The position numbers and the translations under genes are program-made. From a virus (lineage: Duplodnaviria > Caudoviricetes), in IMG/VR virus record IMGVR_UViG_3300020043_004884, positions 1 through 29,396 of that record: a stretch of DNA of 29,396 nucleotides, one strand, 5' to 3'. Shown in pieces: positions 7,892 through 14,073 of this stretch (position 1 is the stretch's first letter; every line of letters begins with the position of its first letter). The notes below the pieces were generated by a model. That model saw only the letters and a program-made list of their open reading frames with translations, did not search any database and was not told where the DNA came from.

Positions 7892-8295
7892 GCTTCACCT
7901 CCTGTCATTTCGGCGCGTTTCGCCCGCATCAAATCAGCATCCGGCTTGGCCTTGATTCTTAGCCCGCAGACAGGTTCCCCGCCAGCAGGATTCCGAACGC
8001 CATCTTTGACGTAAATCTGGCAGGGTTTCCCGATCCAGTTCTTGGTATCCGCTCCGAAACAGGCGGCTAGGGTTTTGCGGTTGGTTGCGTTGAGAACCAT
8101 CCGCTTCGGCTTGTCGTTAAACCCGATGCTGTAAAAAGACTTCTTCTTGCCGTCCTGCATTACCTCGTCGGCGTGTTCGTATACTCCGCTGATCGTAACG
8201 GGGATTTCGCCCAGCCCGATAAAATCCTCCGATGCTAGGAACTTGGATTCTTGTTTCATTTGGGATACTTTTCCCGTAAATTGTTTTTCGCTCAT
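7888..8295 (-). CDS. Conserved phage protein, possible ssDNA-binding or annealing partner of the exonuclease
   Basis: FLASED...KRMVLNATNRKTL...FG.D...WIGK...IY...GLRI; located in the recombination block. Confidence 0.6.
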   Translation of the reverse strand: MSEKQFTGKVSQMKQESKFLASEDFIGLGEIPVTISGVYEHADEVMQDGKKKSFYSIGFNDKPKRMVLNATNRKTLAACFGADTKNWIGKPCQIYVKDGVRNPAGGEPVCGLRIKAKPDADLMRAKRAEMTGGEA

Positions 8296-8320
8296 TGGTG
8301 TTGTTGTTTGGAGATTAATC

Positions 8321-8372
8321 CCCCGCCCGCGTTGAATGTGCTCCCTTGCAATGTCCAGTTTTGCGGGCGGGG
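8321..8372. other. GC-rich 10-bp inverted repeat with a 32-nt loop in an intergenic gap
   Basis: CCCCGCCCGC (8321-8330) and GCGGGCGGGG (8363-8372). Confidence 0.5.
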
Positions 8373-8378
8373 AAAGGG

Positions 8379-8537
8379 TTATTTTGCGCTCAGGTGATAC
8401 GCGACGGCAAGTATCCCCGAAACTCCGACAAGGGCGGCCAGGGCGGGCGCTATTCGCCTTGGGTTGGCGCGGCGGCGGTTGAGTCGGCTCTTGGCAGTCG
8501 TGGCGCGGATGTGGTCGATGTAGGATTGAGTGTGCAT
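8379..8537 (-). CDS. Small membrane protein, 52 aa (not in the ORF track)
   Basis: MHTQSYIDHIRATTAKSRLNRRRANPRRIAPALAALVGVSGILAVAYHLSAK: a basic stretch followed by one TM segment. Confidence 0.5.
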   Translation of the reverse strand: MHTQSYIDHIRATTAKSRLNRRRANPRRIAPALAALVGVSGILAVAYHLSAK

Positions 8538-8541
8538 GGTT

Positions 8542-8658
8542 TTAGCGGGTCATTTTGTAAACGAAAAATAGGAATGCCGATCCCATCAAGACGGCGCAAA
8601 CCATCTCGGTGATCTTGACAAACTCCGGCGATGTGGCGGCTAGTATTAGTGTGTTCAT
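8542..8658 (-). CDS. Small membrane protein, 38 aa (not in the ORF track)
   Basis: MNTLILAATSPEFVKITEMVCAVLMGSAFLFFVYKMTR, preceded by a C/A-rich leader like other genes here. Confidence 0.5.
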   Translation of the reverse strand: MNTLILAATSPEFVKITEMVCAVLMGSAFLFFVYKMTR

Positions 8659-8730
8659 GGTTGGTTAGTTCTGGTTGCCCCTCCCCTCCCCTGCCAAACT
8701 GACAGGAAAAGCGCGGGGAGGTTTGGGAGA

Positions 8731-8904
8731 TTACACGAGGCAAAGCGGGCTAACGAGTCCATTCGATGTCATCGGCCACCAGCTGCGCTTGATGACTCCT
8801 GAGAATCCGGCTTTGTGCTGCTTGCCCTTCATCGCCATCCATGCGGAGTAAGTGGATTCCGAGATTGCGATGCCGTGTTTTTTGCCTGCGGTTACTTTTT
8901 TCAT
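8731..8904 (-). CDS. Hypothetical basic protein
   Basis: First ORF after promoter P2. Confidence 0.45.
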   Translation of the reverse strand: MKKVTAGKKHGIAISESTYSAWMAMKGKQHKAGFSGVIKRSWWPMTSNGLVSPLCLV

Positions 8905-8957
8905 TTTGTTTGTCAGTTTGATGTTGGTTGTGTCGGCGTGTCTCGCTGACAAGAAAA

Positions 8958-9036
8958 GGAATACCCGATTACTTGATTCCGCGCAATAACTTTTTTCATC
9001 TTTCCTGCATTTTGTCAGAATCCCCTTGCGGCGTAT
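8958..9036 (-). promoter_or_regulatory. Putative promoter P2 with upstream box
   Basis: ATACGCCGCAAGGGGATT-N32-TTGCGC-N17-TATTCC, with an A tract before the -35. Confidence 0.55.
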
Positions 9037-9063
9037 GGGTTTGCGGGCGCGTGCGGTGATCGT

Positions 9064-9405
9064 CTAATCTTGGCACGGTTCGACTAACAACTTGTTCTGC
9101 TTGCGAAGTGGGCACACGCGGCAGTATTCGCCGCCCGTGTATTTGATTTGGTTGCACGCCATGCCTTTCCAAGATTTCTGGACGCACTTCCTTTCCATCT
9201 CTTTCCGATTCGCATCTTGCCGCCGCTTCACATCTTCGATCCGGCATTGTTGCTCGAATGTCAGCGGCACATCTTCGGGGATCGGGTCATACTTTCCGCA
9301 GTCGCACCGTTCCTCCTCGCTCTCACAGAAGAAGCAGAACAAGGCCGCCGCATGCAACGCCGGTGGCGCTGCATCTTCAATTCGGTCTATAGGGGCGGCG
9401 TGCAT
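9064..9405 (-). CDS. Cys-rich hypothetical protein (cassette 1 gene)
   Basis: CxxC...CxC and C...CxxC clusters. It starts inside attC B and reads through the attI-like site. Confidence 0.55.
   Translation of the reverse strand: MHAAPIDRIEDAAPPALHAAALFCFFCESEEERCDCGKYDPIPEDVPLTFEQQCRIEDVKRRQDANRKEMERKCVQKSWKGMACNQIKYTGGEYCRVCPLRKQNKLLVEPCQD
9082..9100 (+). mobile_element. attI-like simple site heading the cassette array
   Basis: GACTAAC-AACTT-GTTCTGC. GTTCTGCTT is the exact reverse complement of AAGCAGAAC at attC B. Confidence 0.6.
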
Positions 9406-9422
9406 GGGCTCAATCGTTAGCG
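9334..9422 (+). mobile_element. attC-like site B
   Basis: GCAGAAC-AAGGCC-GCC[G]CATGCA[A]CGCCG ... CGGCGTGCATGGGC-TCAATC-GTTAGCG. Confidence 0.85.
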
Positions 9423-9652
9423 GTAAGAATGATACTGAGAACCGCCCGCACGGTTCGCATCTCTTGCGAGGATATCTCCCCGCAGCGGAGCCGCATTTCT
9501 TGGGCGGGCATATCCCGCCAGAACTCCAGATCAGTTCGGAGCTTGTAGCCCGCGATGGCCTGTTTTTTATACTCGTCTCGCTGTTTCGTAAGGTCAGCGA
9601 CTTTCATTTCGCAGGGCTTGGTTGTGCCGTCATCCATTAAATACATGCTCAT
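9410..9652 (-). CDS. Hypothetical protein (cassette 2 gene; probable start ATG 9652)
   Basis: MSMYLMDD...QEMRLRCGEISSQEMRTVRAVL...AND. The stop lies inside attC B. Confidence 0.6.
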   Translation of the reverse strand: MSMYLMDDGTTKPCEMKVADLTKQRDEYKKQAIAGYKLRTDLEFWRDMPAQEMRLRCGEISSQEMRTVRAVLSIILTAND

Positions 9653-9685
9653 ATTGATTCGGAGTTGGTTGGTATTTCGGAAGAG

Positions 9686-9777
9686 CCACAACAAGGTCGC
9701 AGATGGCGACGCCGTTGGGCGCGTGTGATCATTTTGGACGCGCAGATCGGCGTCGCGCCATTGCATCGGCGTTAGCC
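9686..9777 (+). mobile_element. attC-like site C
   Basis: CCACAAC-AAGGTC-GCA[G]ATGGCG[A]CG ... CGCGCCATTGC-ATCGGC-GTTAGCC. Confidence 0.85.
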
Positions 9778-10709
9778 AATGAATCAATATGAGTGAAACT
9801 TCCGCTGGCATTTTCCACTTCCTTGAGAACCTCGTCACAAAGTTCACATGGCGGCGACTGCTCTTCGTTCTTTGTGTGTTGTTCTTGATCGCCTCTGGTG
9901 TGATTCTCTACGAGGCTTACACGGGACATTTCCGACTGGATAGGATGGCTCGTTCCGCAGAGCTTCTTGAGCAACTTCAAAAGCAACAGGATAGCCTTGT
10001 TACACACCCTAATCCCACGCTCTCCAAGATTCACGAAGGCATTGCCGATGAGTTGCAGAGCTACGTAGGCGGAGATCGGTTGCCCTTTCACATGCCCGTT
10101 TGGTTCTTGAAGGCACTGGCATCTATAGTTCCTTGGGTATTCGCCGCCTTCATTTTGATTCTCACCAACGATAGCGGGATCAAGAATATGCTCGGGGGCG
10201 TTTTGATTATCGCTACGCCACTTGTTTTCATTGGGGCTGTCCTCCCATGCTTCCGACACAGTTGGATCAACTACTTCGGTTACCCGATTGGAAGCTGTCT
10301 TCTTATTATGATCATTTTTTGGCGGATCGGAACGCGCAAACCAAAGAAGGCTAACAAGGCGGAGATGGACGACGCCGAGGAAGCCGTCTGATCTTTTTTG
10401 GCGTCGTTCGCGGCGCGCCATTCCTATATCGTTCGTCTCACCATAAAGATCCATGTCGAGAGCGCCTAGCATGATGCATCGTTTGTCCTCAACCGCGGAG
10501 TCCAGTTCCCGCGTTGTCCATATCAGCTTGCCATCGTTCCGGCGCGCCATGATTTTCAGCACGGTTTCCAGTTGGGCATTGCGGAACTTTTGGGCAGCGA
10601 GTTCGTGCTCAGTGTTTTCGGCGTGAGCAATCGCGGCCTTGACCTGCCCAAAGAAAGACGAATAAGGCGTCTCTGATAACGGGGACTCGCCCCGAGTTAA
10701 ATTTTTCAT
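9729..10709 (-). CDS. Cassette 4 gene. The probable coding core is 10709 to ~10432; the frame stays open across cassette 3 to a stop in attC C
   Basis: The N-terminal ~93 aa look like a helical phage protein. The remainder is the antisense of the plus-strand membrane gene. Confidence 0.5.
   Translation of the reverse strand: MKNLTRGESPLSETPYSSFFGQVKAAIAHAENTEHELAAQKFRNAQLETVLKIMARRNDGKLIWTTRELDSAVEDKRCIMLGALDMDLYGETNDIGMARRERRQKRSDGFLGVVHLRLVSLLWFARSDPPKNDHNKKTASNRVTEVVDPTVSEAWEDSPNENKWRSDNQNAPEHILDPAIVGENQNEGGEYPRNYRCQCLQEPNGHVKGQPISAYVALQLIGNAFVNLGERGIRVCNKAILLLLKLLKKLCGTSHPIQSEMSRVSLVENHTRGDQEQHTKNEEQSPPCELCDEVLKEVENASGSFTHIDSLANADAMARRRSARPK
9789..10391 (+). CDS. Multi-pass membrane protein (cassette 3 gene, canonical integron orientation)
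   Basis: About four hydrophobic segments. It is the only convincing plus-strand gene, starts 18 nt after GTTAGCC, and stops inside attC D. Confidence 0.8.
   Translation: MSETSAGIFHFLENLVTKFTWRRLLFVLCVLFLIASGVILYEAYTGHFRLDRMARSAELLEQLQKQQDSLVTHPNPTLSKIHEGIADELQSYVGGDRLPFHMPVWFLKALASIVPWVFAAFILILTNDSGIKNMLGGVLIIATPLVFIGAVLPCFRHSWINYFGYPIGSCLLIMIIFWRIGTRKPKKANKAEMDDAEEAV
10349..10437 (+). mobile_element. attC-like site D
   Basis: GGCTAAC-AAGGC-GGA[G]ATGG[A]CG[A]CGCCG ... CGGCGCGCCATTCC-TATATC-GTTCGTC. GGCTAAC complements GTTAGCC at 9771. Confidence 0.88.
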
Positions 10710-10777
10710 TTTGGCTTGGTAGTTGTGGGAGTAGTCGGCGGGCGCTCCCGTCCCCGTATCAGGACTCGACGTTCAGG
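10657..10777 (+). mobile_element. attC-like site E
   Basis: GACGAAT-AAGGC-GTC[T]CTGATA[A]CGGGGAC ... GTCCCCGTATCAGGAC-TCGAC-GTTCAGG. AGACGAAT matches GTTCGTCT at 10431 at 7 of 8 positions. Confidence 0.82.
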
Positions 10778-11121
10778 AATTTCGCCGCTTGCCGCTTGGC
10801 TTGCTCCAGTTCACCCTGGGTGATCCGTGTTGATGCTTGTGGCTTGATGCGGTGACTCGCCGGTATGTGGTTGTGGGCGCGTGGTTTCGGTTTCGGGATG
10901 TCTTTCATTTTCGGTTCTGGTTGCGTTCGGATCATGGTGATTTTTACATGCTGGGAAAGGTCATCACGGTAAGGGTCTTTGATTCCTGGAATGGCCGTGA
11001 ATGCGTCGGCAAGGTCGACGGCGGTTCGGGCTACCAGGATGAAGGAAAGATCACCCAGAACCACTTCCGTTGCGATCCCAGACTTGTAGGGGATGTGGCG
11101 CTTAGTCTTGCCCATCCGCAT
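10759..11121 (-). CDS. Hypothetical protein
   Basis: ORF in the operon; its stop lies inside attC E. Confidence 0.55.
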   Translation of the reverse strand: MRMGKTKRHIPYKSGIATEVVLGDLSFILVARTAVDLADAFTAIPGIKDPYRDDLSQHVKITMIRTQPEPKMKDIPKPKPRAHNHIPASHRIKPQASTRITQGELEQAKRQAAKFLNVES

Positions 11122-11299
11122 CCTCCGTTTCCATGCTCAGTCTCATTGCGAGATAGCGATCCCAATATTCCGAAAACGCTTCCTTGATCCGTTCGCGGTT
11201 GTCAGGGTCGGCGGCAACGTAGGTATCGGCCAGCCGTTTTATGAAATTCCCGCCGTAGGTCTGCATGGCGGCTATCACTCCGATTTCAATTGAGTTCAT
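11102..11299 (-). CDS. Conserved phage hypothetical protein
   Basis: M..YGGNF...LA.....ADPDN...I..AF..YW..Y family pattern. Confidence 0.7.
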   Translation of the reverse strand: MNSIEIGVIAAMQTYGGNFIKRLADTYVAADPDNRERIKEAFSEYWDRYLAMRLSMETEDADGQD

Positions 11300-11601
11300 T
11301 CCCCGCTCCTTTCCGCTAGGTTCTGGATCATGTCGTCATAATCAAACCCGATTTCATCGTCGGCACTTTCGATGGCCGCGATCTGCTTGCCGTGGGTAGT
11401 CATGCAGTCCGGGCAATACTTCCCGTCGTATCCCCACCCGTCCGCGTCGAGTTGGTCGGTGATCACGTCCTTGGCCTGATCCCCGAAGTCGTCCATATGT
11501 TCTTCCGTTGCGTCGATTTCGGATGGGCTGGCAACCATGTGTTTTTTCTCGCAGTATCCGCATTCAACCCACGCGCTGATTTTTCCGAAGTAGGCTGTCA
11601 T
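11296..11601 (-). CDS. Acidic Zn-finger-like hypothetical protein
   Basis: CGYC ... GW.....YCPDC; ATGA-coupled start at 11601. Confidence 0.6.
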   Translation of the reverse strand: MTAYFGKISAWVECGYCEKKHMVASPSEIDATEEHMDDFGDQAKDVITDQLDADGWGYDGKYCPDCMTTHGKQIAAIESADDEIGFDYDDMIQNLAERSGE

Positions 11602-11846
11602 AATTTCGGGGCGGTTAGGGTTAGGATAATCCGGCATTCCGTGAGTAGTTCCGGCGTAAGATCAATACAGGAATCCTGCGCGTCATAGAGCTTTTGAAAT
11701 CCCTTCCTGCACGCGGCTAGTCGGCGTTCTAGGCTTTCGGCTTTGCATTTCATTTCTGAGAACGCGCGTTCCGGGTGCATCGGCGGATAGCATCTCACTA
11801 GGGCTTCATCCGTCTCAGGGGTCGGGTATTGGCTAATTGGTTTCAT
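11598..11846 (-). CDS. Phage hypothetical protein (TPETD...LERR type)
   Basis: ATGA-coupled; shares a motif with 5679-5885. Confidence 0.6.
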   Translation of the reverse strand: MKPISQYPTPETDEALVRCYPPMHPERAFSEMKCKAESLERRLAACRKGFQKLYDAQDSCIDLTPELLTECRIILTLTAPKL

Positions 11847-12103
11847 AAAGTTGATTTCCATTTCCTTGCGGTTTTCACGGCATCGCGGATGGCGCATGAG
11901 AGGTTCCACGCGGCTTCGGCGCTGTCGGTGCTACCGTCCTGCCCGCCCACGATCCATCTCACTTCCGGGTCTTCCCACTGCTTGTCCAGATTTTTTCGCG
12001 TCGTAACCCAAACGCTGCTAATGGGCCAGAACCCATCAACCTTGTAAGACACTTCGCGGCGGAACTCGGTGGTTTCCTTTTTGCGGGTGAATGGTTGTTT
12101 CAT
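11843..12103 (-). CDS. Hypothetical protein
   Basis: ATGA-coupled on both sides. Confidence 0.6.
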   Translation of the reverse strand: MKQPFTRKKETTEFRREVSYKVDGFWPISSVWVTTRKNLDKQWEDPEVRWIVGGQDGSTDSAEAAWNLSCAIRDAVKTARKWKSTL

Positions 12104-12318
12104 ACTGGCGCGACTTGCAAGCGGTTGAATTTATCTGTGATGACGCGGATAGAATAAAGCTTGCCGTGTTCATGTTTGCTTACTCCAGCGCGACTCAAAA
12201 GCCCGTGTGTCCAGTCATTCGATTCAACGTGGCAGATTTCTCCTTGGCGCGTAAATCGAGCAAGCAAGGCCGCGTCTCCCGCGCCTCGGTATCCGTCGTG
12301 GATTGATGGGGTGTTCAT
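12100..12318 (-). CDS. Hypothetical protein, first gene after P3
   Basis: ATG 12318 lies just downstream of the promoter motif. Confidence 0.5.
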   Translation of the reverse strand: MNTPSIHDGYRGAGDAALLARFTRQGEICHVESNDWTHGLLSRAGVSKHEHGKLYSIRVITDKFNRLQVAPV

Positions 12319-12328
12319 GTCGGAAAGA

Positions 12329-12407
12329 CACCTACCCGATCCCATGAAACCGCGCAACACTTTTTTTCAAGCGGGATGAAAATTCCCAAAATCGCCTTGG
12401 GGCGTAT
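12329..12407 (-). promoter_or_regulatory. Putative promoter P3 with upstream box
   Basis: ATACGCCCCAAGGCGATT-N32-TTGCGC-N17-TAGGTG at the boundary between lysis and early genes. Confidence 0.6.
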
Positions 12408-12416
12408 AGGATGGAA

Positions 12417-12953
12417 TCAAGCGGGAATAAGCCTATCCTGCCTGAATCGAATCCGGCTGCGGATTTTGGAAATGTGCCGAGACTTGGCAAATACGCCCCC
12501 GCCCTCGCGGCTTCCGGCTGCGTCGGTGTTGCCTTCAATCGTGCGCACCATGCCGTTTTCATCCGGGGATGTGGCTGCAATGCCGATGTGCGAAAAGGTG
12601 AAAACCACGATGTCGCCGGGGAGAATGTCGCCGCGATGCGGTTTGCGAGTCCATGTCGTCAAATCCTGATCCATGCTCCAGTTCTCCATATCCCATGCTC
12701 CGGCTGTTTTAGGGAGTGTGAACGTGCCGGTATGGCCATCAGCTCCCGCTGCCTTGAATGCTTCGCGGATCACCCAGCACACAAAGGCAGCACACCAAGC
12801 GTATCCATCATCCCCTGGCTTTGATCCATTCGGGTCGTAGTTGTCAGCGAGGAAATACTTCTGGATTTCAGGCCCCCTATTGGTTCCGTCAACCTCCTCG
12901 TTTCCAACCTCGGCTTTTGCGATGCGGACGATCTCATGGGCTAGGTCTTTCAT
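12417..12953 (-). CDS. Endolysin, CHAP-domain amidase/peptidase
   Basis: AWCAAFV (catalytic Cys), PGDIVVF, SHIGI (His), TIEGNT. Confidence 0.9.
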   Translation of the reverse strand: MKDLAHEIVRIAKAEVGNEEVDGTNRGPEIQKYFLADNYDPNGSKPGDDGYAWCAAFVCWVIREAFKAAGADGHTGTFTLPKTAGAWDMENWSMDQDLTTWTRKPHRGDILPGDIVVFTFSHIGIAATSPDENGMVRTIEGNTDAAGSREGGGVFAKSRHISKIRSRIRFRQDRLIPA

Positions 12954-13105
12954 TTTGAGAAGATGGCTTTGGGAACCTCGCCGCTGTCAATCATGCGGTT
13001 GATTTCGAGGAACGCATTGTAATCGGGCGTGATCGTTACGGCACATCCGGTCAGGATGTAGATGGCGGCGATGTAGATGACGACGGTGATGATGGAGGTT
13101 TTCAT
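12950..13105 (-). CDS. Small lipoprotein (spanin-like candidate)
   Basis: MKTSIITVVIYIAAIYILTG-C with an LTGC lipobox; ATGA-coupled in the lysis cassette. Confidence 0.6.
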   Translation of the reverse strand: MKTSIITVVIYIAAIYILTGCAVTITPDYNAFLEINRMIDSGEVPKAIFSK

Positions 13106-13311
13106 TTCGGTTTGGCGATTGCATCCAATGTTGGGATGATCACCGCACGGATGGCAAGCGCGATCAGAGCCGTCCCCATTAGGTAGGGTCGCCATTCAGG
13201 CGGCATTGGTAGGTTGGCGGAATCGACTGGCAGGGTTCCAAGTCCGCCCGCCAATGCTGCGAGCGCGGCGGATAGGTTGGTGATGACTTTCACGAATGTT
13301 ACCTTTTTCAT
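13102..13311 (-). CDS. Putative holin (2 TM)
   Basis: Two hydrophobic segments separated by PxEWRPY; upstream of the endolysin. Confidence 0.6.
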   Translation of the reverse strand: MKKVTFVKVITNLSAALAALAGGLGTLPVDSANLPMPPEWRPYLMGTALIALAIRAVIIPTLDAIAKPK

Positions 13312-13610
13312 TGGTCGTATTTTCGGTGTTCGGTTTCGATTTTCTGGAGAGTTCCGATCATTTCCCGGATAGCCGCGTTGTTGCTTTCGGCCACGCGTGT
13401 CTGATGTTCGAAGGCGGTTAGAACGCGCACGTTAAGGGCGGTTAGATCCTCATAAACCCGCACGGTGGCAAAGGCGAATACGCCGGAAATGATCACGCCG
13501 ATTCCGAACTTGGCTACCGCCCAGACGATGATCCCCATCCATGTGTCGGGGATGTCGATTTCGGGCGGTGATGTTTGGTTTGCGATCTTGTGTAGTTCTG
13601 TTCGGGACAT
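13308..13610 (-). CDS. Membrane protein with C-terminal coiled coil (lysis cassette)
   Basis: A TM segment followed by a helical tail. Confidence 0.6.
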   Translation of the reverse strand: MSRTELHKIANQTSPPEIDIPDTWMGIIVWAVAKFGIGVIISGVFAFATVRVYEDLTALNVRVLTAFEHQTRVAESNNAAIREMIGTLQKIETEHRKYDQ

Positions 13611-13614
13611 GGCT

Positions 13615-13731
13615 TTAGTTTCGGATAAAATAAAGGATGATTGTTATGATGACGTAGGCGATCAGTGCGATGCAAAATTCGCTGGGGGGCGCTGTATTTC
13701 GCACGCCATACTGGGGGTGGCGTTGCTTCAT
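13615..13731 (-). CDS. Small membrane peptide, 38 aa (not in the ORF track)
   Basis: MKQRHPQYGVRNTAPPSEFCIALIAYVIITIILYFIRN. Confidence 0.4.
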   Translation of the reverse strand: MKQRHPQYGVRNTAPPSEFCIALIAYVIITIILYFIRN

Positions 13732-13744
13732 GGTTGTGGGTAGG

Positions 13745-13900
13745 TTATGGAAGTTTTCGTGCAGTAATCATCGCGCCTGATAGAACGGTTAGATTCCCCG
13801 CGTCGGATACGTTTTGAGCCGCTTGCAATTTGAGAGTGGCTGTGCCGCTGGCAATCGTGAGGATGCGAATCGCTTTGATTAAAGTAGGATTTGTATTCAT
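13745..13900 (-). CDS. 51-aa ORF, possible remnant of a fibre C-terminal domain (not in the ORF track)
   Basis: ...GTATLKLQAAQNVSDAGNLTVLSGAMITARKL. Confidence 0.35.
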   Translation of the reverse strand: MNTNPTLIKAIRILTIASGTATLKLQAAQNVSDAGNLTVLSGAMITARKLP

Positions 13901-13901
13901 G

Positions 13902-14069
13902 TCATTTGGTGGGTTGGACGATGCGGGCTTTTGGGATGGTGAAGGACAATCCTGCCTTAGCTCCCGAGTCCGGAAAAAGGTAGGTCAAGGATGCTGTCAC
14001 CGGGACGCTGCAAGATGCCAGCATTATCGCGGAGATGGCGAGGGCTGCGGTGGTTAGGCTGGTTTTCAT
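13902..14069 (-). CDS. Small lipoprotein
   Basis: MKTSLTTAALAISAIMLAS-C with an LASC lipobox. Confidence 0.65.
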   Translation of the reverse strand: MKTSLTTAALAISAIMLASCSVPVTASLTYLFPDSGAKAGLSFTIPKARIVQPTK

Positions 14070-14073
14070 TGTC

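Noticed and set aside
8321-8372. Hairpin as another attC
   Set aside because: It has no AAC/GTT cores, spacers or extrahelical bases.
9092-9640. 182-aa plus-strand ORF across cassettes 1-2
   Set aside because: It has a TTG start and antisense-like composition and crosses attC B. The minus-strand ORFs have better starts and protein-like patterns.
9653-9847. N-terminal extension of ORF 9410-9847
   Set aside because: It is read-through of attC C and of the antisense of cassette 3. ATG 9652 has the typical C/A-rich leader.
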